From the NCBI GenBank assembly GCA_976551045.1, contig CDPCPM010000102.1, positions 6,882,001 to 6,946,000 of the forward strand: a stretch of 64,000 nucleotides of DNA. The letters are read 5' to 3'. Below are positions 12,876-23,608 of this stretch, one piece after another. Under the pieces are notes generated by a model, which made no database searches, was not told where the DNA came from, and saw nothing but the letters and a program-made list of their open reading frames with translations. Source of the stretch: Glaucostegus cemiculus (lineage: Eukaryota). Position numbers and translations under genes: made by a program. The first letter of the stretch is position 1. The number at the start of each line of letters is the position of its first letter.

Positions 12876-13490
12876 ACTGCTGATGCTGGAAACCTGAAAT
12901 AAAGACATAATGCCAGAAACACTCAGCAGGTCAGGTCAGATATGTGGAAAGAGAAATGGACTTAAGGTTTCAGGTCAAAGGTTTTTTGTTAGAACTTGGA
13001 AGAAGAGAATATAAATTGGTCTTAAGGTGCAGGGAGAATGGGGGTGGGATGGATTGGACAAAGGGATAGAATTCTGACAGTGTGAGGCCAAGGTAACCCT
13101 GGGGATAAGCTGTAACCATGGGAGTTAATGGGGGCAGTTAGAGTGAGAGAACATAGTTCTTTGTTAAAAGCTATGACATAAGGACACTTGGAGAGTGAGA
13201 ACTCAAATGTATGTATAAATTGAAAAATGCAGGTTATACTGAATAGTTCAACCTCTGCTAGTGGAGATGGGAAAAACTGAGCCAATATCACAGATGAATG
13301 GACCATCTACTACAGATCGAGAAAGCAAGTTACCTGAAGTAGAATTCAGTAATGAGTCCAGAAGGTTGCATTATGCCCAGAAAGAAGATGAGGTGCTGTC
13401 CTCAAGCATAGGTTGACTTCAGTATAACTGTATAGGAGGCTACAGAGGGGAGAGATCAGAGTGGGATTGCAAATTAAAATGGCAGTCTAT
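12876..13490 (-). mobile_element. 3' portion of a Penelope-like element (GIY-YIG C-terminus plus terminal repeat)
   Basis: Minus strand 13398-13342 reads QHLIFFLGIMQPSGLITEF, resembling the PLE GIY-YIG C-terminal W/F..LG.L.P.GLN motif. Terminal repeat gatgctggaaacctgaaataaa...ctcagcaggtcagg at 12881-12990. Confidence 0.75.
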
Positions 13491-13509
13491 GTTTAGGGTA
13501 TTTAATGGG

Positions 13510-13790
13510 GTGCTAATCAAGTGAGCTGCTTTGTCCTGGATGACACTGAGCTTCTGCTTGGAGCTGCAGTCATCCAGGCCAAGTGTGGTGTTATTACTTC
13601 ACATTTCTCTCTTGTAGCTTGTAGATCTGGGGAAGTCTTTGGGATGTCAGGAGCAGGACACCCAGTCTTTGAACTGCTCTTGTAATCTTGAGATTTATGG
13701 GCTGGTCTAGTTGAGTTACTGCTCAGTAGTGACCTCCAGGGTGTTGACAGTGGGAAACTTGGTACCGCCATTAAAAGTCATGTGTTAGCA
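13510..13790 (-). mobile_element. Old CR1/L2-group LINE fragment (same family as 18640-21440)
   Basis: gctgctttgtcctggatg...ggagctgcagtcatccaggc is the reverse complement of the family segment at 20690-20765. Confidence 0.7.
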
Positions 13791-14544
13791 TGGTATGACT
13801 TCAAATATTTTGTGCAAAGTTTCTTTGCTTCAGTATTTTTTTTAACATTTGGATTGAAGGTATTTTGATGTTATCTTGCCAGTAATGCATTTGCTCAGTA
13901 TCTGCATCTTGTAATATTTTGATGACTGTTTTATACATTACCAAAAAGAAAACTGTGAAAGTTGATGTAGTTTATTGAATGCAAAATGTAATCCAATTCA
14001 AGTTAGACTTTATTTTCATTTTACAGTTTTTCAGCATCATTGTTAAATGCTTTTATGCCTCATTTACTTGAAAATGGAGCCAGAGAAACTGATGCTCTTT
14101 GAAAGGATGCAATCTAAATAATGGATCCATTTTTTGAATTTGAATGATCTGTGTACTACAAATACAAAGCTTATAGTTGGCACAATACAGATTTCAATCC
14201 TGCCCACAGGAACTTAGTTATCAGAATTCATCAGAAATTATTTTGTGTATTATAAATATTTTTGTTTTTCAAATTGTTCCTTTCTTAACAATTTCTTAAA
14301 ATGTGAGCCTGAAATATTCAGAATTAATATCTTGGTAACTCTGTTCTAATGCATTAAAGCACAAATAGCTGTCACTAAACCAAAAGTTGCACATTGTTTT
14401 CATAAATTGTCTTTAATTATAAAGCACTTGGACATAGTCGATAAATGGATGAGCATCAAGGCAATGTGGTGTATATTAGCTGGTGTGACCAAAAGACCCT
14501 GGAATAAAATGACTAGTGACAGTGCGGATAAAAATTTGGCCTAT

Positions 14545-14965
14545 AGAGTTGTACGGCACAGAAACAGACCCTAGGCCCAACTCATCCATGCCAACCAAGA
14601 TGCCTACCTGAGCTAGTCCCATTTGCCTGTGTGTGGCTCATATATCTCTATTTCCTATTCATGTACCTGTATACATGTCTTTCAAGCATTGTAATTGTAC
14701 TCGCCTCTACCACTTACCCTGGCAGCTTATTCCATATACCCACTAGCCTCTGTGTGGAAATAGTTGCTCCTCAGGTCCCATTTAAATCTTTCACCTTAAA
14801 CTTGTGCCCTTGGGTTTTAGACTCCCCTACCCCTGGGAAAAAAATTGTGACCATTCACCCTTCATATACCTGCTAAAAGGTAACCCCCTCAGCCTCCTCT
14901 GCTCCAGTGGAAAAAAAAAGCCCCAACCTATTCAGCCTCTCCTTATAAGCTCAAGGCCTCCAGCT
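14545..14965 (-). mobile_element. CR1 LINE 3' end fragment
   Basis: Reverse-complement CR1 tail (gtacggcacagaaacagaccctaggccca) followed by ORF2-end-like sequence. Confidence 0.75.
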
Positions 14966-14969
14966 CTGA

Positions 14970-15240
14970 TATTTCAGATTGGAGAATAGTTAGAAAATTG
15001 GTGTTCCCAGAGCTCAGTGCCAGGGTTGCTGCTTTACTGATTCCATTGTTTGTGGACGTGCAGGGTAAAATTTTAAGATTTGTAGAGGACCACAAATTGG
15101 ATGTGTGTTAAGTGGTGAAGAGGATAGTCATAGATTGTAGAAGCATGTAGTCTAGCACAATGAGTAGACAAGTGGCAGATTAAATTGAATCTGAAGTGTG
15201 AAATTGTACCTTTTGGCAAAAGAAGAGGGATGCAGGAACA
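14970..15240 (+). mobile_element. Strongly decayed CR1 RT fragment
   Basis: ggtgttcccagagctcagtgc (GVP.GSV-like) and aagtggcagattaaattgaatctgaagtgtgaa (KWQ..N..KC-like). Confidence 0.6.
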
Positions 15241-16550
15241 GATGCACCTGGATGATTCTTGTTGGTATGTTGAGTTTGAAGAATGCATGAAGAAATGGAA
15301 GAGTTCTTGGACAAATGTTATGGTCTAAGGCACATGCACTTTAGGGCAAAGGAAGAAGCATCAGAGGGCAATTGAACTATTGCAAGTACTGAGCATTAAT
15401 CTAATGAATAGTCAAATCTCAATTACAGCCTGACATTTCAGCAGCTTCGTTGATTAAGGACAGATGGTTGTTTACCACATTTTGGCCAAATCATTTTCAA
15501 TGCAGGATTAGAACTGGTGAACAGATGATTTTTTATTTTCACTGGCTTTATCCTTGCAGCCTCTCTTCCTCCACATAGTGTTTTGCACACATAATAAGCC
15601 AATGTCCAGTCCCTTCACTTTCTACAGTCATTTTATAGATTCCAGGATTGTGGCCTATTTGACTTATTTTATCTCCACCCATGGGATCAGGAACTAATCA
15701 GTTACTGTTACTTGTGTATACCGTCGTTTTTTCTACTTGTTATTATAAGTTTAGTCTGATTAAGACCCTTGGGCTGTCTATTTCACCTATACTTAGTATT
15801 TCCTCACTGCACTTCTGATTACTTGAAATTGCATGGATATGTTTGCAGGTGAGACCATATAGTTAGTTGTACGAATCAGTCTTGGCTTGAGCAGCAAGAA
15901 TTCTGTTTGTTGTAGAGACCCACCCAGCCTTGTGAGCAAACATAATGAGTACAAGGGATGGTATTCATCAGCACAGTGTTCCACTGAGTTGGGCCAACCT
16001 AAGGTTCCAGTAATGAGTTTAGCTGCTTGCCATTTAGTTTTGTATGGTGGTAGCAAGTGCACAAGAAGACAGGAGTGTATAAAAGTGCACTTAACCAATA
16101 TAAATCTTTCTGTTAATCAATGGATTTCAGTTTTGGGATTGGACAAAATGCTCTTTTGAAGAATTGCATCTGGTCTACTTGAGAGGAAAATGATAGTATC
16201 ATTATTATCTATCCAGCTTCTGTTAGGATTTAGTATACAAGACACTGACGGCTTGTAAGAGTGATTGGCTATACGTGGGTAAGGGAGCAGTAATTAATAT
16301 AGGAGTCCTTTACTCCAGTTCACTTAATTACACATGCCAATGTGAAAGAAATCTATTAGGTGTGGAAATTTGTTTAGTTGTGCACATATTTGGTTTAAAA
16401 TGCCCAAACCCCTGATTTAGGAAACTATGTTTGTATTATAGTGTTGCAATTTGTAGTGGCTTCATTTCCCAATTTTGCATTTTGCAAAGTCCTATAAGTG
16501 TTTTTTGAAGCATATTGGTGATAGCATTTGAAATTTTTGTTTTCTTTCAG

Positions 16551-16686
16551 GTATATGATGCTCATTGATGGCAAGAATGAAGTATACATGATTGACCGAG
16601 ACTGTTCAGTTTTTCATGTGGCAAACCTGGAGTTTCCTCTTCGGAAGGATCTTCGAATTCATCTTAGTAACACCTTATTGGATGGG
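16551..16686 (+). CDS. RNGTT: RNGTT internal coding exon, guanylyltransferase domain (136 bp)
   Basis: Acceptor ttttgttttctttcag|G and donor GGG|gtaaga. After 1 split base it reads [45 protein letters not shown], matching the vertebrate capping enzyme just after KADGTR and running into motif III (LLDGE). Confidence 0.97.
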
Positions 16687-17514
16687 GTAAGAAAGCTTTT
16701 TTAAGTGACTGTTTTGGGGCAAAGAAAACATTTGTTGGATTTCTCTTCAATGCAATTGAGCAAAAATAGATTTTGCTGAAACTTTACTTTTAAAGTGTGG
16801 TTTTTGTGATGTGGAGGGAGGCTTTCTGAGTTTAGCTGAATGATAATGGCAGCTGAGTGAAAGGCTCCTGCAGCATGAATCTGTCCTATTCTCTGGGAAC
16901 TTGAGTGCTGGGATCTGTGGACCCAAACACATAGCACTAGCTACCAGCAGTCTGTCAATGTCAGGCAACACTGGGCAGACAGAAAAGCCTTCCTGATATT
17001 TTTTTTCCAGGAGAGGACTGCCCTTCTCTAGCCCACAGGCTTTGAATGGTGGCTGCTGGGACTGGGGGCAGGGGAAGGGTGATCAACTATCCAGCTGTGG
17101 CGCTGAAGAGGGTGAGTGGAAGCTATTGGGTGGCTTCATCCTTCGAGAGTGGGCAGTGCTGAGGGTGTGGGAAGGGGTTGAGGTTGGTCTAGGGTGGGGA
17201 AATGAGGGTTTGCACAGATAGCTCTGCCCATATGTGTATTGCCATAATATATCTATATGTGGGTGTGCATAGGTTCACCCACAGCCATCTTCTGTTCCTC
17301 CTGAACTGGAGTGGAGGCCAGTTATCCTCAGTCTGGAGGGATTGCCAAAGAAAAAGGAAAGGAGATGGGGGAAATGTGTTCCCACAAAGAGCATGATAAT
17401 ACAATCTATTTTGGGTATGTTGGTTAAGAGATAAGTAATGACCAGTATGCAGAGAACTGTACTGCTTTCTTCATATACTGTCATGGGATTATTTACTACC
17501 ACTTAAAACGGGAG

Positions 17515-17672
17515 GTAGAGTTTCAATTTAATGTTGCATGTGAAAAAATTATCTTCAGTGGTGAAGTGCTTCCTCAGTACTGCAGTGATCCATCAGTGTA
17601 TTACATATTCAATGGAGTGTAAATTGTACTAGAACCCTCTGATTGTGATGACAATATTGTCATTGAGCCAGA
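17515..17672 (-). mobile_element. Old tRNA-headed Deu-domain-like SINE relic
   Basis: Minus strand starts tggctcaatg (A-box-like) and contains cactgcagtactgaggaagcac, typical of the DeuSINE core. Similar relics at ~17950-18250, ~38550-38900 and ~42600-42700. Confidence 0.5.
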
Positions 17673-19120
17673 GTTAATACCCAAGATATTTTCAGTTGAT
17701 CCAAATTTGTGGTGTATGACCATATTGCTTTTGGCTCATTTAAAATATTGTTCATATGATTAGATACATGTAAGTTTTTGCAATGCTGTCTTGATCTTTG
17801 TATGATTATCGTTAAGAGTATATACTTTAATCTGTGAGAGGAACAAAACACTTTTTAAAAACTTTGAAGCTAGCTTGGTATATTTGATGTTTCACTTGGA
17901 GCAACTAAATTTTAGTATGTCATTGGGGGAAAAAAAGGACGTTTCTTTTTTCAGCATATTCCGAAACTGCATAATTAGTTTGAAGTGCTGTCACTGCTGT
18001 TGGTACACTTACATGGACGGCAGTGAGGTGAACACCTGGTTTATTTGTTTTTGATTGTGATGGCTAAAAATGAAGACCTAAATATAGAAAATTTGTTGCT
18101 CATGATAATGCCCTGAGATTTTTCTCATTCATCTGATCGATCAGATGGCATATGAAATCATCTGATAGATGGCACCTCTGCCAATCCAGCACTCATTTAT
18201 TACTGCTTTGCACTCTGGGCCTAGATTATAATGGTGATTTTTCAAGTTTGCTCACAAGAAGAGCTGGAAAGTAAGTGAGAAGAACACAGCCTGCAGATGG
18301 AAATACGTAGGTTAAATGAGGAGGCAAGGACATAGCAGGTGAATTATAATGTGGGAAAATGTGGGATTATCTTCGAAGAGCAGAATATTTAAATGGTGCA
18401 AGGTGATTAAACATTGGTCAGAGAGGTCTGAGTGAATCTGCTTGAATAATTCAGTAGATACACATGGAGCTGAAAATAGTACGAAAACATTCCGATTAGA
18501 GTTTCAGCGTTAAAATCCTTTGTTTGAGGTGAGGTGGATCATCTAGGTTGGCATTTTACAAATGGCTTGAGGTTTGGGCCAGAGTGGAAAATATCAACTG
18601 AGATTCATCATGGGAAGTGTGTTTCTCCGTGCTGAATTCAACCTGAGGTTAGAGCAAATGCCCATGACATGCTAACAGTGTGGCATCAAGGAAAGTCATT
18701 CATTGCCCAAAGAGACATGGTTATGGTAGTTGGAGGTAACCTTAGGATATCACTGCGTGAACTCTTCAGGGTAATGTCTTGGGTTCAACCATCTTTGGCT
18801 GCTTCATTCCATCACATTCCCTCCATCACAAGTTCAGAAGTGTGGATGTTCGTTAATGATGACACAATAGTCAATTCCATTTGTAACTCCTGGGCAAGTG
18901 AAGCATTTCATGCCACAAAAATGTCAGACTATGACCATTCCCATCAGGGCAGACTCCAACAATCTACCCTTGACGTTCAGTGGCATTGTATTCACACAGT
19001 GCACCACCCTTAACATACTGGCAGCTCACCATTGGATCAGTCAGCTGAATCACGTTACTAACATTACTACAAGAGCAGCTCAAAGGTTGGGTATCCCATA
19101 ACAAGTGAATTAGCTCCTGA

Positions 19121-20633
19121 TATTGGAATTGGTTTATTATTGTCACTTGTATCGAGGTGCAATGAAAAACTTGTCTTGAATACATTTCATAAGATCAATT
19201 CATTACACAGTGCATTGGAGCAGTACAAGGTAAAACAATAACAGAATGCAGAGTAAAATGTCACAGCTACAGAGAAAGTGCAGTGCAGGTAGACAAGATA
19301 AGGTATTTATTAGTCACATTTACATCAAAACACAGTGAAATGCGTCTTTTTACGTTACTGAGAATATGCTGGGTCACCATTCTTCTGGCGCCAACACAGC
19401 ATGTCCACAGTTCTTAACCTGTACGTCTTTGGAATGTGGGAAGAAACCAGAGCATCTGGAGGAAACCCCTGCAGACACAGGGAAAATGTACAAACTCCTT
19501 GCAGACAGCAGCAGAATTGAACCTGGGTCGCTGGCACTGTAATAGTGTTATGTTAACTTTTACACTACCATGCTGCCCTATATAAGATGCACGGTCATAA
19601 CGAGGGTTGATTATGAGTTCAAGAGTCACCTTATGTACCAGGGAACTGTTCAATAGTCTTAAAACAGTGGGATAGAAGCTGTTTTTCAGCCTGGTAGTAT
19701 GTGCTTTCAGGCTTTTGTATCTTTTACCTGATGGGAGAGGGGAGAAGAGGGAACGTCTGGGGAGGGTGGGGGTCTTTGATTATGCTGGCTGCTTTACCGA
19801 GACAGTGACAAGTATAGATAGAGTCCATGGAGGGGAGGCTGGTTTCTGTGATGTGCTGAGCTGTGTCTGCAACTCTCTGCAGTTTCTTGTAGTTCTGGAG
19901 CAGTTGCTATATCAAGCCGTGATGCATCTAGATAGGATACTTTTTATGGTGCATCAATAAAAGTTGTTGTCAAAGGGGACGTAACAAATTTCTTTAGCTT
20001 CCTGAGGAAGTAGAGGTGCTGGTGAGCTTTCTTGGTTGTGACGTCTACATGGTTGGACCAGGGTAGGTTATTGGTGATGTTCACTCCAAGGAGCTTGAAG
20101 CTCTCAACCTTCTCGACCTCAGCATTGTTGATGTAGACAGGTGCATGTACACCGCCCCCTACCTGAAGACAATGACCAGCTCTTTTGTTTTGCTGATATT
20201 GAGGGAAAGGTTGTTGTCATGACAGTATGTCACTACCTCTTTCCTATACACCAACTCGTCATTATTCGAGATACAGCCCACTACGGTGGTATCATCTGCA
20301 AACCTGTAGATGGAGTTCGAGCAGAATCTGGCCATGCAGTCATGAGTGTATAGGGAGTAAAGTAGTGGGCTGAGGATGGAATCTTGAGGGGCACCAGTGT
20401 TGAGAATAATTGTGGCGGAGGTGTTGCTGCCTATTCTTACTGATTGCAGTCTGTTGGTCAGGAAGTCGAGGATCCATTTGCAAATGGAGGTGTTGAGTCC
20501 CATGTCTCAGAGCTTGGTGATGAGTTTGCTTGGAATTCTAGTATTGAAGGTGGAACTATAGTCAATAAATAATAGTCTAATGTAGATGTTTTTTCTGTCA
20601 AGATACTCCAGCGATGAGTGTAGGGTCAGAGAG
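19121..20633 (-). mobile_element. 5'-truncated Rex1/Babar LINE
   Basis: ORF 20159..20503: [46 protein letters not shown]. 3' tail (attggaattggtttattattgtcac) at 19122. Confidence 0.92.
19300..19578 (-). mobile_element. Near-full-length V-domain tRNA-SINE nested in the Rex1 3' UTR
   Basis: Reverse complement of 37519-37823, with tRNA head, V-domain and gtgactaataaa tail. Flanked by ataaggt / ataagat (imperfect TSD). Confidence 0.88.
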
Positions 20634-20781
20634 ATTTTCCAAAGGCTTTCCGCCATCTAAAAAGCATTTGTCAGGACTGTGAAGAAATACTTTCCACTTG
20701 CCTGAATAAGTTAGCTCAAGCAACAACTAAAATGCTTAACACCATCCAGGATAAAGCAGCCTGATCTACCTCCCTAAATTT

Positions 20782-21087
20782 CAGTTACAGATAATAGTTT
20801 CAAGGAGCACTGAGCCGCTGCGTCCATGTGTGCCGCCATCAGACTCTTTTAGCTGTTAAACTGTTGAACATGGCCTGACACCACCCTCTCTCCGCACGCA
20901 CACACACACACAATGTCTCCCCCCCCCCCCCCCCCCTTTTTGTGTAAGTATGTTTGTTTTTATTTTCATAGTCATAATCGCTCTTAACAATTTACTGTTC
21001 TGATTTTTATTAGGCAAGGGAGTGCCACTGTAATTTTGTTGTGTTGTTCTGCAGTAGTACAATGACAAATAAAGAGATCTTGAATCT
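20782..21087 (+). mobile_element. Short 3' LINE fragment (Rex1-like tail) with 7-bp TSD; contains (CA)n and C18
   Basis: taaattt at 20775-20781 and 21088-21094. Ends aatgacaaataaagagatcttgaatct. CA repeat ~20895-20912 and C18 at 20919-20936. Confidence 0.65.
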
Positions 21088-23536
21088 TAAATTTAATTTG
21101 CTCTGTCACTGGTGCATAATAGCTGCAATGTGTGTCATCTACAGAGGCACCGCAGTTACTCCCTAGACTACTCCAGTAGCACCTCCCAGACCCATGACCT
21201 CTTCTACCAAGTAGAACAAGGGCTTTACATTCAAGGAGCACTACCACAGTGTTCACCAACAATTTGCACACCATCCTGACCTGGAAATATAGTGCCAGAT
21301 ACATTGGTCTAAATCTTAGAACTTGCTTTGCAACAATGCTGTGGAAGTACATTAGCTAGAAGGACTGCAACAGTTTAAGAAGGATATTGAGGAATGGACA
21401 ATAAATGTTAGTCTTGCCAATGACAGACAAACAAATAAAAGTTGAAAACCTAATGAAAGCTTGCTGATTTTTTCCTGTGGTCAAGTGACTAGCTGTGACA
21501 TCTATTCCTTTGACCCACCTGAGGGTCGGTGCCTTCACTAAAGTACTGGGAAGGTGCTGATGTCCATGGAACTCTATCCCATGTGAAGGGATGGAGAAAC
21601 ACAATGGCTGTAAAATAATTTTTGCTTTGGATTGCAGAGCTTGAATCAATAATATTCTGACTGCAGTGAAGAGTACCAAGCAGTTCAGTGCTTGGCAATT
21701 ATGGATGGTGTAATTGAACTTGAGGCTCTATTGGAAAGCTGACAAAATTGAAATGTCACCATGATCAATGTGACTGTCAATTTGTGTGGGGTGTAAGCGT
21801 GCTGCAGTTACTGGCTTGTATATTATTGGAAATGATGGTAATATGTGAACAGCAGCAGGTGGCACAGATGGGATAGCTGTTGGATCTGACCCTTTCCAAA
21901 AATCATTGCACTGTTTAAAATAAATACAGAAAAAGAAAGGTATTAGCAGTAAAGTATACATTCCTTTTTTCTTCTTAAGTTTAATTCTTCTGCATGCATA
22001 AATATTGATGCTAATCACTACTTAAACTGAATTTTTAAACATTTCAAGAGGGAAAGGAACCTTTTGCCAGGCTATAATAACAATTATTTGAAGTTCTTCC
22101 TGAGATCATTCCCAGCTCAAGTGTTGTTGGTTTCATTCCTAATAGTTTTTCTGTTTAGGATGCAGTGTAAAAACATGAGTCTAATCATTCAAGCACTTGT
22201 ATGTAGTGTTACGCAGTGATAGGTTGCACTTTCAAGCTTGTACTCTGCCGATAAACATTTCAGAAGGAATGTTGGTTGCTACTTCTTTGGAGGAAGGAGA
22301 GAAAGGAGGGGTGTAAAAGTAGTTCTTGAGCTGCATATGGATTTAAATACCATTGAAGTTTTTGGGGTACTTGAGGAATGCACTGCTGTGTCTTGATTAT
22401 TATTATCAGCTGCTGTGTACAAATATGAGTGCAATAAGAATGCTGCTACATTGAAATTTCACATAAGAATATGCGTGAACTATGATTTGTACTGCTGAAC
22501 TACTTCAAACTGGCAACAATTTATAGTAATTTAGACTTTCAGTTTGGATTTAGCTGCAACAGAACAACAGATGACTCTGCAATCAGTTTTATGTTCTGGG
22601 CAGTAAAGCTTCATGGTTAGGTGGATAAGATAATCTGATCAGGAAATTGCTTTATTGATTTATGAAACTGGGCAGACTTAGCTCGGTAGTGGGAAGAAAA
22701 AAAATTATTGTTACTAGATTGCTATTGCCACCTGGCACTTGAGTGAAACCTCATGTCTTTCTGATTGATCTCAGTATCTCACAGAACATAAACATTAGTG
22801 AAAAATTATTAAGAAATACTTTGGGAGAATGTGGTTGTTGGAGTTGGAGAGATTAGGGAAGCAGGGGTGCAGTGGTGGCAAATATTGTGATTGGAGAGGG
22901 ATTTTTTTTTGTTTATGCCCCCCAGCCCCCCGAATTTTTTTCACTTTTTCATCAACATGTTCTTCAATACTTGAAGTAATTGTCATAACTCACTATGTGA
23001 TGAATGATGCACAAATTAAATGTACATCTATGTTTTGATTGTACTATAATATCAATTGCACCAGTGCACTTCAATAATAGGTTTTCTATTTTTATTATGA
23101 ATTTCATTTATTAGGCTCACAATGAGCATTCACTCTGTAAAAAAAAAAACTTCCCTTCAACCCTGATAAAATGTGCAATGTTAAATTGATCAACATATTC
23201 AGAACTGGAAAATTTCTGAATTAATGGTGAAATTGTAGTGTTCCCTTGCTGCATTTTAGAAGCGTGTATATTTTTTAAGAAACTTTTTTTTGGTTTGGTT
23301 AGTTGCTGTATTCTCCTGAAAATCAGGTTAGAGCATGTGTTGCTGGAGAACATTTTAAAATCAATGTCATGCTCTGTGCTAATATGTACAATTACGTTTC
23401 AATATAGTAAGCAGATTGTAAGGGAAGTTGCATTTGGTCAGCTAACTTTTGAATGCCTGAACTTCAGTATATTTTATGAATCATACATCAGATTTACAAA
23501 TGTCAAGATGCTAAATTTTTTTTTCCTTTTTTTTAG

Positions 23537-23608
23537 GAAATGATAATTGACAAAGTAAATGGACACCCTGTTCCTCGATATTTGATATATGACATAATAA
23601 AATTCAGT
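23537..23608 (+). CDS. RNGTT: RNGTT internal coding exon (72 bp)
   Basis: Acceptor ttttccttttttttag|GAA and donor AGT|gtaagt, phase 0/0. Reads [24 protein letters not shown], completing motif III and containing motif IIIa (YLIYDII). Confidence 0.97.

Larger units (their letters stand above)
18640..21440 (+). mobile_element. Old CR1/L2-group LINE 3' portion, split by later insertions (pieces 18640-19120, 20634-20781, 21088-21440)
   Basis: VWHQG, a QG.VLG..IF-like segment, IPSITSSEVWMFVNDDT (decayed FADD; ORF 18669..19013); 3' tail ggacaataaatgttagtcttgccaatgac. Confidence 0.75.

Noticed and set aside
23238-23543. 101-aa ORF touching an RNGTT exon
   Set aside because: Low-complexity intronic frame, out of frame with the exon and stopping inside it.
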